Source: Ostreococcus lucimarinus (Eukaryota). Taken from it: 64,000 nucleotides of DNA. Each line of letters opens with the position of its first letter. Position 1 is the stretch's first letter. Shown here piece after piece: positions 29,363 through 37,829 of the stretch. Position numbers and translations under genes: made by a program. The stretch is taken from the NCBI GenBank assembly GCA_000092065.1, contig CP000597.1; one strand, written 5' to 3'. The notes beneath the pieces are model-generated. The model was not told where the DNA came from. It saw only the letters and a list, made by a program, of their open reading frames with translations, and did not search any database.

Positions 29363-32300
29363 TCACGTCGACGCCGCGGTCGCGATCGCACCGCCGAGCT
29401 CGACGTCGGCGGTGGGTTCGATATCGGAACCGCGACGACGGTGGCGCGCGGCACGGGACCGAGCGGCGCGGTCGACGACGGCGGTCCACGCCGCGCGGAA
29501 CCCCACCGTGGTGGCGACGACGACGACGACGAAGGCGACGACGATGACGACGTACGGGATCCATATCGCGTCGTCGCCGACGCCTAAGACGACGATACTG
29601 ACGATCAAGAGCGTGATCTGCATGGGGAAACCAAATTTGATAAAGTCGGCGAACACGTAGCCGCCCGGGCCGTACACCATGAGGTTGGTTTGGTATCCGA
29701 AGGGCGACATGAAGGACGCCGAGGCGGCGAGCATGAGTAAGAAGGCCATCTTTTCGAGCGCGATGTTTTCAGATTCCGCGGCGCTGGCGGCGATGGGAAG
29801 CATCAAAGCCGCGGCGGCGTTGTTCGTCACGATGTTGGAGATCAAGAACGTGGCGAGGTAGACGGCGACGAGCAAGCCGATTTCACCCGTGTTCGTGACG
29901 CGACCCAACGCGACGAGTTTCTTCGCCACGGCTTCGGCGACGCCACTGTTTTGCATGGCGCGCGAAATTCCAAAAGCACCGGCGATGGTGACTATGACGT
30001 CCCATTTTATGGCGTTTCGAGCCTCTTGCTGCGTCAGAGTGCCAGAGGCGATCATCACAGCCGCCGCGAGCACCGCGGCGGTGAAGAGCTCCATGACGCC
30101 GGCGGTGTACAAACTAATCATTGCCAGCGCGCACAAGAGCGAGGGGATGAGTAATCGCAAACGAGGGGGCGTAGAATCGTCCAAAACACTGATCAGAGCG
30201 AACGCGCCCTGCGCCCGGGCGCTTTGTTTGAAATCTTCACCGGCGTCGAGTAAAAGCACGTCGCCGGGGTGCAAGACGACGTCGCCAATTCTTGAGTGCA
30301 CGCGCGCGCCCTCGCGATGGACGGCGATGACGACTGCGTTGAATCGCGTGCGAAATTTGATGTCTCGAATAGACTTACCGACCAAATCTCCAGTTTTCGC
30401 GACCACGGCTTGAATCAATCGACGGTCGTGACTGGAGATTTCGAGCTTGTCCACTTGGTCGCTCGAGTACGGCGCCAGCCCCGGAACCCGACGAAGACTG
30501 GCGATGGCGTTGGCGCCACCGGCGTACCACATCACGTCATTTGCTTCTAAAGGCTCACTCGGATCGATCACAGTGGTTCTGTCCGCGGGAGATTCAACCA
30601 TGGCGACGACAGCCGCTGCGCCGACGCTCACGATGGATCGCGTGCGCTCGATTGATACCAAAAACAAACCCGGCAACGACCGCAAGCCGCTCTCGACCGC
30701 CGTCTTGCCTATGAAATTCTTCGCCGTAGCTTCAATGCGCACGGCGATGAGGAACTCTTTCCCTGTGTTCATCGTTCCCGATCCATGACCGATGATTTCT
30801 AAATCCTCGCGAGTCTTCGCCAAGCGCTCGTCCTCCTCAACGACGACGTCTTCAGATTCCTCCAAGAGCTTGATCAAAGGTGAACTATCCTGCGCCTGTA
30901 ATACGAGAGTATCACCCACTTGAAAAATCAGCGCGTTTAGCTTACCCGGTGGCGCGCGACCGCCACGTTGCACAGCGATGATGGCGCCGCCGTACGTGAC
31001 GCGCAAATCCGCCTCTCCTGGAGTCTTTCCCACGAGCGATGACGTCGGTTTCACACTGCATCGAACGACGGATTGCCCGCGCCTTTTCACGGCTTCAATC
31101 CCAGTCACGGGTTCGAGTAAAGTTTTGATCACCGTCGTGATCTCCTCTTTCGTCGTGGTGTTTTGCAACACTTGCAAGCGCCAAATAGAAACCGATCGCG
31201 AACCCACCGCCGAAGCTTCGCAATGTAACAACTGCACACGCAAGCGATTCAACGCCTGCGAGATGTCGTGCAACAACCCGGGTCGATCGTTCGCACTAAT
31301 TCCGAGCACCATACGTCCAACGTGTTCGGGGTTATTTTGATCGGCATCGGGATCGACATCCACGGTCACCAACGGCGGCCCCAGGGCGGTTTCGCTCTCC
31401 TTGGCGCTAATCATCGCGTCACCGTCGCCGCGAGCTTCACCGAGAGCATTCTTCAGATTTTCGCCGTACATCCGCAACGCCTGAGCTTTGATCGCTCGTG
31501 CGGTGCCGTCGTCAGAATCACTGGCGCCACCAGAAGTATACGCGTTGCCGTCGGAGGATGAATACCCCGGGCTCAGCGGGAGCGCGCTCCCAGCGTCGCT
31601 CGAGTCTTGGTTCGATCCGTGCGATCTGCGAGGTCGAGCCTTTTGTCGACGCTTCCGCAAGGCATAAATTCCACCTTCCGATTCTTTGTAAATGGCGTGC
31701 GTGCGCGCGAGCTTTTGTAAATCCGCAATGCTGCTCGCCGAGTGCATGGCGACGACGTCCTTCTCGTCACCTCCGTCAAACGACGTCTCTCTCGCGCCTT
31801 CGTCTTCGTCTTCGTCGTACTCTTGCGTGATCGCCATCAACCCATACTCCGCGCACACCTTCCCGAGCGACTCGATCATCCCGGTAAAATACAAAATATC
31901 GCCCTGGTTCAGGATGAACTCTGGTCCGATGGCGCGCAACAACGCTTGGTTTCTGCGCACGCTCACCAGGTACAATCCCGGCAAACCTCGCAATCCGCTC
32001 GCGGCGACCGTGTGCCCGACCGCGGGCGACCACCCCTCGACGCGCGCACCGACGAGTAAATCCTCTTCGTCCTCTCCGCGCCGTTGATCCCTCGGTCCGC
32101 TTCCGATTCGCCGCGCGCCTTTTGGCAACAAAAACGGCGACGCCAGCAACACGTACGCTATCCCCGCCAACGCCACGGGCACGCCGTACAGCCCGAGATC
32201 AAACAGACCGATCTTCACCTCCCCCCCTCGCCCCGCGTGCTCGCGCGTCCACGTCTCCACCATTCCCTGCACCACTAAATTCGTCGACGTTCCGATGAGC

Positions 32301-32761
32301 GTGCACGTGCCGCCGAGCACGCTCGCGAACGACAACGGAATCATCAACTGCTCCTTCGCCATTCCCGTGGCCTCGGCCCATCGCAGCACGATCGGTATCA
32401 TCACCGCCACCACGGGCGTGTTATTCAAAAATCCACTCACGCACGCGATCGGCAGCATCAATCGCAACTGCGCCCCCGCCGGGGTTCGCGGCTTCCCCAG
32501 CACCTTCCCCATGTACCAGTCCAGCCCCCCCGTCGCGCTGATCCCCGCCGCGACGACGAACAGCGCGCCGACCGTGAGCAATCCCTCGTTCGCGAACCCG
32601 GCGAGGGATTCGGCGAGCGTGATGACGCCGCACAGGTTGAGCGTCGCGACGGCGAGCATCATCGTCCAGTCCGCGGCGACGTAGTCTCGCAGGAGCGCGA
32701 CGAACGCGAGCGCGACGACGACGACGGTGACGGCGGCGTGGAAGTCCGCGGTGGCGCCCAT
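29363..32761 (-). CDS. CitMHS/ArsB-NhaD-superfamily anion permease with internal TrkA-C (RCK_C) domains and an ACT-like insert (YfbS/YbiR-like architecture)
   Basis: ATG at 32761. N- and C-terminal multi-helix permease halves (…LPIACVSGFLNNTPVVAVMIPIV…, …LISNIVTNNAAAALMLPIA…). Central paired TrkA-C-like modules (…GLRGLPGLYLVSVRRNQALL…GDILYFTG…, …GLRSLPGLFLVSIERT…). Additional ACT-like segment MVLGISANDRPGLLHDISQALNRLRVQLL. Confidence 0.75.
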   Translation of the reverse strand: MGATADFHAAVTVVVVALAFVALLRDYVAADWTMMLAVATLNLCGVITLAESLAGFANEGLLTVGALFVVAAGISATGGLDWYMGKVLGKPRTPAGAQLRLMLPIACVSGFLNNTPVVAVMIPIVLRWAEATGMAKEQLMIPLSFASVLGGTCTLIGTSTNLVVQGMVETWTREHAGRGGEVKIGLFDLGLYGVPVALAGIAYVLLASPFLLPKGARRIGSGPRDQRRGEDEEDLLVGARVEGWSPAVGHTVAASGLRGLPGLYLVSVRRNQALLRAIGPEFILNQGDILYFTGMIESLGKVCAEYGLMAITQEYDEDEDEGARETSFDGGDEKDVVAMHSASSIADLQKLARTHAIYKESEGGIYALRKRRQKARPRRSHGSNQDSSDAGSALPLSPGYSSSDGNAYTSGGASDSDDGTARAIKAQALRMYGENLKNALGEARGDGDAMISAKESETALGPPLVTVDVDPDADQNNPEHVGRMVLGISANDRPGLLHDISQALNRLRVQLLHCEASAVGSRSVSIWRLQVLQNTTTKEEITTVIKTLLEPVTGIEAVKRRGQSVVRCSVKPTSSLVGKTPGEADLRVTYGGAIIAVQRGGRAPPGKLNALIFQVGDTLVLQAQDSSPLIKLLEESEDVVVEEDERLAKTREDLEIIGHGSGTMNTGKEFLIAVRIEATAKNFIGKTAVESGLRSLPGLFLVSIERTRSIVSVGAAAVVAMVESPADRTTVIDPSEPLEANDVMWYAGGANAIASLRRVPGLAPYSSDQVDKLEISSHDRRLIQAVVAKTGDLVGKSIRDIKFRTRFNAVVIAVHREGARVHSRIGDVVLHPGDVLLLDAGEDFKQSARAQGAFALISVLDDSTPPRLRLLIPSLLCALAMISLYTAGVMELFTAAVLAAAVMIASGTLTQQEARNAIKWDVIVTIAGAFGISRAMQNSGVAEAVAKKLVALGRVTNTGEIGLLVAVYLATFLISNIVTNNAAAALMLPIAASAAESENIALEKMAFLLMLAASASFMSPFGYQTNLMVYGPGGYVFADFIKFGFPMQITLLIVSIVVLGVGDDAIWIPYVVIVVAFVVVVVATTVGFRAAWTAVVDRAARSRAARHRRRGSDIEPTADVELGGAIATAAST

Positions 32762-32849
32762 CGCGGGCGTCGAGCCGCGCGACGAGACGCGCGACGCCGC
32801 GCGCGACGCCGCGCGTCGTCAGAGAGTGACGCGGCGAGGAGGTCGAGAG

Positions 32850-33202
32850 ATGTCTCGCGCGCTCGTCGCGCTGAGCGCCGCGCTCGCGCTGAGCGCGCGA
32901 CGCGTCGACGCGAACGATGTCGTCGACGACGCCGCGCGGACGCGAGACGCGCTGACGTCGCGATTGACGACGAAAACGGTGCGACTCGAACGATTCGCGA
33001 CGGATTTGGAATCTCTAGCGGCGAATGATTACGACGAGTACGCCGCGTCGAGCGGGTATTTCGCGCTCAATCGCACGACGAAGGACGCGCACATGTTTTA
33101 CACGTTTTTTGATGCGCGCTCGGGAGGCGCGGAGAGCGAGGACGCGATCCCAATCATTCTGTGGCTCACGGGCGGACCGGGATGTTCTTCGGAATTGGCA
33201 GC
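32850..33202 (+). CDS. Serine carboxypeptidase (peptidase S10), exon 1 (signal peptide through GGPGCSSELA)
   Basis: ATG at 32850 (MSRALVALSAALALS, signal-peptide-like). …SGYFALNRTTKDAHMFYTFF… and IILWLTGGPGCSSELA match the S10 N-terminal consensus. Exon ends in phase 2 before GTGCGTG. Confidence 0.75.
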
Positions 33203-33303
33203 GTGCGTGTCGTCGGCGCGCGCGCGCGCACGCGCGATCTTTCGCGTCTTGAACGATACAGGAGAGGGACGCGACACTGACTGACCACCGTCTTCCACAC
33301 TAG
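33203..33303 (+). other. Spliceosomal intron (101 nt, GT..AG) in the serine carboxypeptidase gene
   Basis: Donor GC|GTGCGTG at 33203. Branch-like ACTGACTGAC ~25 nt upstream of the acceptor CACTAG| at 33303. Splicing restores the conserved S10 motif GCSSELA-A-LYENGPFAF, which is otherwise split between the two supplied ORFs 32727..33284 and 33353..34531. Confidence 0.75.
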
Positions 33304-34531
33304 TCTATACGAAAACGGACCGTTCGCGTTCGACGAAGACGACGCGACGAAATTGAAGCGACGCAAATACGCGTGGAACGACGCCGGAAGGTTGCTTTAC
33401 GTGGACTCGCCGGTGAACACGGGATTTTCGTATTCGAGCTCGCGGCGCGACGCGGCGAAGGACGAGACGACGGTGGCGAACGATTTGTTGGAGTTTTTGT
33501 ACGCCTTCATGTTGAGTAGACCGATGCTCGTGGATGCGCCGGTTTACGTCACGGGAGAATCGTACGCGGGGCACTATGTGCCGGCGTTCGCGAGGGCGAT
33601 TTTCGACGCCAACGCTCGAGACGATGGACCCGTGAGAATAAATCTTCAAGGCTTAGCCATCGGAAATGGGCTGACGGATCCCGCTATTCAGTACGCGGCG
33701 TACGCGGATTATTCGCTCGGGAACGACATCGTGAGCGCGGCGACGGTGAAGCAAACGGCGAAGAAATTACCGTCGTGCGTGGAGAAAATCAAGTCGTGCG
33801 CGAGCGGTAAAACGTCGAGCAAGGAAAATCGCGCCGAATGCTTGGACGCGGTGGATTCGTGCCAAGCCATTCCTGAGGCATTGCTCGAAGATGCCGCTGA
33901 ACGCAACGGTGGGAAGGCAATCAACGTGTACGACATACGTAAATCGTGCGACGCCGAGCTTTGTTACGATTTCAGCGCCGCGGAAGCGTTTTTGAACCGT
34001 AAAGACGTTCAAGAAGCGTTCGGGGTGAGTAAGAAATGGGAAATGTGCGACGCGAGCGTGCACCAAGATATGATGGGGGATTGGATGCACGACTACGAGA
34101 CGTTGATTCCAGACATGATCGAGGCCGGGATTCGCGTGATGATTTACGCCGGCGAGGATGATTTCATCTGCAACTGGCTCGGAAATCTTCGCTGGGTGAA
34201 GGCGATGCAATGGAACGGACGCGAAGCGTTCAACGCCGCACGTCCTGAGCCTTTCATCATCCAGGGTGCGGGTGACGGCGAAGACGACGTTGTGGGTGGC
34301 GACGTGCGCGAACACGGCGGTTTATCCTTCGTAAAGATCAGCGAAGCGGGACACATGGTACCTATGGATCAGCCACGAAACGCGCTGACAATGATTCAGC
34401 GCTTTGTGAACAACGAACCGATCGCGCGCGGTCGAGGTGGTGACGAGCCGAAACTCTCCGCTGCACCACGACGTTTCGGCCCCGTCGAAGACGACGTCGT
34501 TGGCCGCCTCGCTGTGGCGACTCAGAAATGA
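33304..34531 (+). CDS. Serine carboxypeptidase (peptidase S10), exon 2 (catalytic Ser through C-terminus)
   Basis: LYENGPFAF… continues the S10 fold. Catalytic serine motif VTGESYAGHYVP. Downstream …DDFICNWLGN… and …GHMVPMDQP (catalytic His region). Stop at 34529-34531. Confidence 0.8.
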
Positions 34532-34615
34532 ACTTTGAACGACTTGTAATGCAACGAACGATTGATTTGTACGATGACTGCGTAGTTGGTCAATTACAAC
34601 GGGGATATTCTAAAC

Positions 34616-36031
34616 CTATTTCAAAATTTTATCCAGCTTCGCTTGCCAGAGTTCTTGTCTCGCGCACACCGCCTTTGGGTTGCTCACTTGCAGCTTCGAG
34701 AATTCAGACGAGTTGTTCAAGTTGATCCACGCCGCCAAAATCGTGCTCTTTTTCTCCAAAGCTTTCTTCGCGTCGACGTCGGTCAACGAATACATCAAAG
34801 TATCCCAAAGTGCGACGTTGATTTCGCCCGACGTGAAGAATTCACGGAAGAACAAACCATTGACGTCTTCCTCCGTGACTTTTTTGCCTTTGCCCACCGG
34901 CGACGTTGGGCGAAACGCGCAATCGCCGAAAATATCATACGCGAGCTTGATCGTGCGGTTAAACGATGCCTGCATGTCTCCTGCATCTTGAGGCGTCATG
35001 TCCTTGTTTTCGCGCATCTCCTCGTTCAACCAGCTCTTGATTGGGATGAAGAAACCCTCCGGCGCCGTTCGCATCATAGCAAAGTACCGCAAAACCAACT
35101 CCCGATCGCGCATGCGCAGATGCGGCGTCTTCGATCGATAAACTTTCAACAAATTCTCGTTTTTGACCAATTCTTCCAGCAAGTCGGTGTACATCCCTTG
35201 GTAGATGCAGTTTCTCAACTCTTGTTCGTTCAACTGCGTCGCGCCCATGTTTAAGCGCTCAAACACTTCAAACACAAAATCCGGCTGCGACGATCGTGAG
35301 ATCGTGTGCACGTTCAGAGGGTAGTCTAAAATCGTCTCTTGAAATCGTTCGTGCAAGTCCGTGAACGTCAACCCGTTCAAGTCTTCGTAAACCTCCAACC
35401 CGGTCAGCCTGAACGGAGATCCATCCGGAAATTCACACTGAATAAAGCTCCAAATCGACGTCAAACGCTGCTTGCCATCCACCACCTCTAGCTTCCCACT
35501 CTGCGTCTCGTGAAAGAACATCGTCGGTACGGGAATGTTTAAGATCAAAGACTCTATGAGCTTACTCGCCGTGCGAACCGTCCACACGTATTCTCTCTGA
35601 TAACTCGGTCGCAAGTTCACCTTGCCGCGATTAATCTTGTCGATGACACTATTCACCGTGAAATCCGCTTTTTGTATTTGCAGCGCCGCGCGATCGACCT
35701 TGAACAACGTTTCCTCTAAATCTGCGAACAAGTCCTCGTCCACGTCGTCCTGCGCGCTGGATTTTCGCGAAAACGCCGCGTTTCGCGGCGTCGCCTCGCT
35801 CGCGCCCACGTGTTCCCACAGCGAATCATCATTCGCGTCCGCTACCGCGCTCGCGGCGTCGCCCAGGGACGTCTCATTCCAGAGTTCTTTGTCTTGTTCG
35901 TCCCCGAGCAAGGCGCGAGGCGTTTGAGGGCGCGAGCGCCGCGTCGTTCGCGCCGATGTCCCGCGAGAGTGATTCTGGCGGGAAAGTGGTTTCACCGGCG
36001 TCGCGCGCGCGCTGCGCGCGTAAACCATCAT
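34616..36031 (-). CDS. DUF262-domain protein (ParB/sulfiredoxin-fold NTPase-like domain found as the N-terminal half of GmrSD type IV restriction enzymes), stand-alone, in a eukaryotic gene
   Basis: ATG ATG at 36031/36028. Core DUF262 signature …RPSYQREYVWTVRTASKLIESLILNIPVPTMFF…LEVVDGKQRLTSIWSF… (QREYVW + DGQQRLT-type motifs). Downstream …FERLNMGATQLNEQELRNCIY… No HNH/DUF1524-type nuclease motif in the C-terminal half. Low-complexity ~120-aa N-terminus. Confidence 0.75.
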   Translation of the reverse strand: MMVYARSARATPVKPLSRQNHSRGTSARTTRRSRPQTPRALLGDEQDKELWNETSLGDAASAVADANDDSLWEHVGASEATPRNAAFSRKSSAQDDVDEDLFADLEETLFKVDRAALQIQKADFTVNSVIDKINRGKVNLRPSYQREYVWTVRTASKLIESLILNIPVPTMFFHETQSGKLEVVDGKQRLTSIWSFIQCEFPDGSPFRLTGLEVYEDLNGLTFTDLHERFQETILDYPLNVHTISRSSQPDFVFEVFERLNMGATQLNEQELRNCIYQGMYTDLLEELVKNENLLKVYRSKTPHLRMRDRELVLRYFAMMRTAPEGFFIPIKSWLNEEMRENKDMTPQDAGDMQASFNRTIKLAYDIFGDCAFRPTSPVGKGKKVTEEDVNGLFFREFFTSGEINVALWDTLMYSLTDVDAKKALEKKSTILAAWINLNNSSEFSKLQVSNPKAVCARQELWQAKLDKILK

Positions 36032-36248
36032 CGCGCGACGACTGAACGTTCAACACGCGAGTTTGTTCGTTCGCGAACCGCAGATCGTGACAGCAGATCG
36101 TCACGCGCGCGAAGGAGTGGCGAAACGTCGAAAGATTTCAAATCCTGACAAAAGAACGAAATCTTCTGGAGTCGGGCTTCGACGCGGACGATGGAGTGCG
36201 AGGGCGAGATGCCGGTGAATTTGGAGTGCTACGAATTATGGGCTAGAA

Positions 36249-37724
36249 TTAAGACGAACGACGCTCCAGGACGTCATCGTGGGCTAGAACTATGACTTTT
36301 GACGGACGACGACCGATCGAGACGGACGGCTCGCTGACGCCGAAGAGGACTTCGGAAAAGAGAGCCTCATCCACGCCATCGAGGGCGTCCATGTCGACGT
36401 CTTCGGGCCATTGCATGCGTCTGCGAAGTATGTCGAACCAGTTCGGGGCGAAGACGGCGGTGCGAGCGCGCTCAGACGTCTCCGCGGTGAGACGCGCTCG
36501 CTCGATGGCGTCGCGGAAATCGTGCAGGCGCGCGCGATAACGCTCCATCGCGACGATATCCTTTCGTCGGCGAGCCAACTGACCGTCGTAATAGTTTAAT
36601 AACGTTTGTTCACCTCCGTCGCGGGTGATAAGAGCGTTGACCTCGTGCGCCAGCTCGATGATGGTGCTCGCGGAGTCGATCGGATTGGCCATCAAATGCG
36701 GCGCATACGCGTACATCGTCATAGCGTCGTCCGCGTCCGACGTCACCGCGATCGAGAGCTCGAAACCGGGTGGAAAATTTTCCTTAGCGTACGCAAATAG
36801 CGAACGCAACACGCGAATCGACTCCTTGTACTCGTCGTCGTCGTACAAGAATTTCCCGTCTTCGTCGCCACCCCAGACGAGAGACAGCGACACCACGAAT
36901 TGATTGCACGCCTCTGGGCATCGTGATCGCCGAAAATCCAGCGCGGCGTCTACGATCAACTTTTCATTCCTTTCCATGAAGGCCACTTTATCGCTCAATC
37001 GCATGGGCATGACGATCGATCGCGGAAGCACCTCCGCCAGCGCCGATCGCGAGAGCGTTCGCTTGCTCCGCTCTCGCGCCGCCACCGTTGCCGCGAACGC
37101 CCGCACGCCCTCCGTTCGAGCCTCTAAAAACGAATACACTAACGTATCCTTATACATCTCCGGCTGATCCACGACCGCCGATCGCGCGTTCAACCACCCT
37201 TTCCCCCGCCGCTTGACGACGTTGCCCAACCGGTACCCGCCGCCGCGTTTATTCACCGGAATCTTCCAAAGCTCGCGCGCGTCCCGCACGACCAGCGCCC
37301 AAGCGCTCGCCGAACGCTCGACCGTGAAACTCGTGCTCTCGTACACCGGTCGAGGGTTCGCCAACCACGCGTCGACGTCGAATTCATCGGTTTCCGTCGC
37401 CTCGCTCGTCGTCGTCGCGTCAACACCCAAACGCGCCGCGTCAGGAACCGCGTCGCGGCGCACGTTCAGCCATCCCGCGTTCGAGACGCCGAGCGCGTGC
37501 GTTTCGCGCGGTGCGATCGGCGTCGTCGCGCGCGCCAGCGCGCACGCGCCGAGCGCACCGAGCGCGCCGAGTCCGACCGCGAGCGCCAACACCCTCGGCG
37601 TTCGCGCGCGCGCGTCGCTCGTGCGCGCGCCAAGTGACGCGCGTTCGACGTCGACGACGCGTTCGACGTCGCGCTCGAGCAGCGCGGCGTCTTCGCGCGG
37701 CGTCTCGGCGCGGGCGCCGGACAT
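36249..37724 (-). CDS. Hypothetical type II membrane protein (N-terminal signal anchor); possibly a Golgi glycosyltransferase-like enzyme, family not recognised
   Basis: ATG at 37724. Hydrophobic anchor VLALAVGLGALGALGACALARA ~40 aa from the N-terminus. Long lumenal domain with gene-like codon usage. No diagnostic motif I can name. Confidence 0.4.
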   Translation of the reverse strand: MSGARAETPREDAALLERDVERVVDVERASLGARTSDARARTPRVLALAVGLGALGALGACALARATTPIAPRETHALGVSNAGWLNVRRDAVPDAARLGVDATTTSEATETDEFDVDAWLANPRPVYESTSFTVERSASAWALVVRDARELWKIPVNKRGGGYRLGNVVKRRGKGWLNARSAVVDQPEMYKDTLVYSFLEARTEGVRAFAATVAARERSKRTLSRSALAEVLPRSIVMPMRLSDKVAFMERNEKLIVDAALDFRRSRCPEACNQFVVSLSLVWGGDEDGKFLYDDDEYKESIRVLRSLFAYAKENFPPGFELSIAVTSDADDAMTMYAYAPHLMANPIDSASTIIELAHEVNALITRDGGEQTLLNYYDGQLARRRKDIVAMERYRARLHDFRDAIERARLTAETSERARTAVFAPNWFDILRRRMQWPEDVDMDALDGVDEALFSEVLFGVSEPSVSIGRRPSKVIVLAHDDVLERRSS

Positions 37725-37829
37725 GGGTTCGGTCGCCGCGCGGCGGCGTGTGCGGCGCTTGGGACGCGCGAGTCAAAGTGGAGCGCGCGCGTTGGTGTCT
37801 TAAAAGTATATGGATTCACGTCTAACGCT

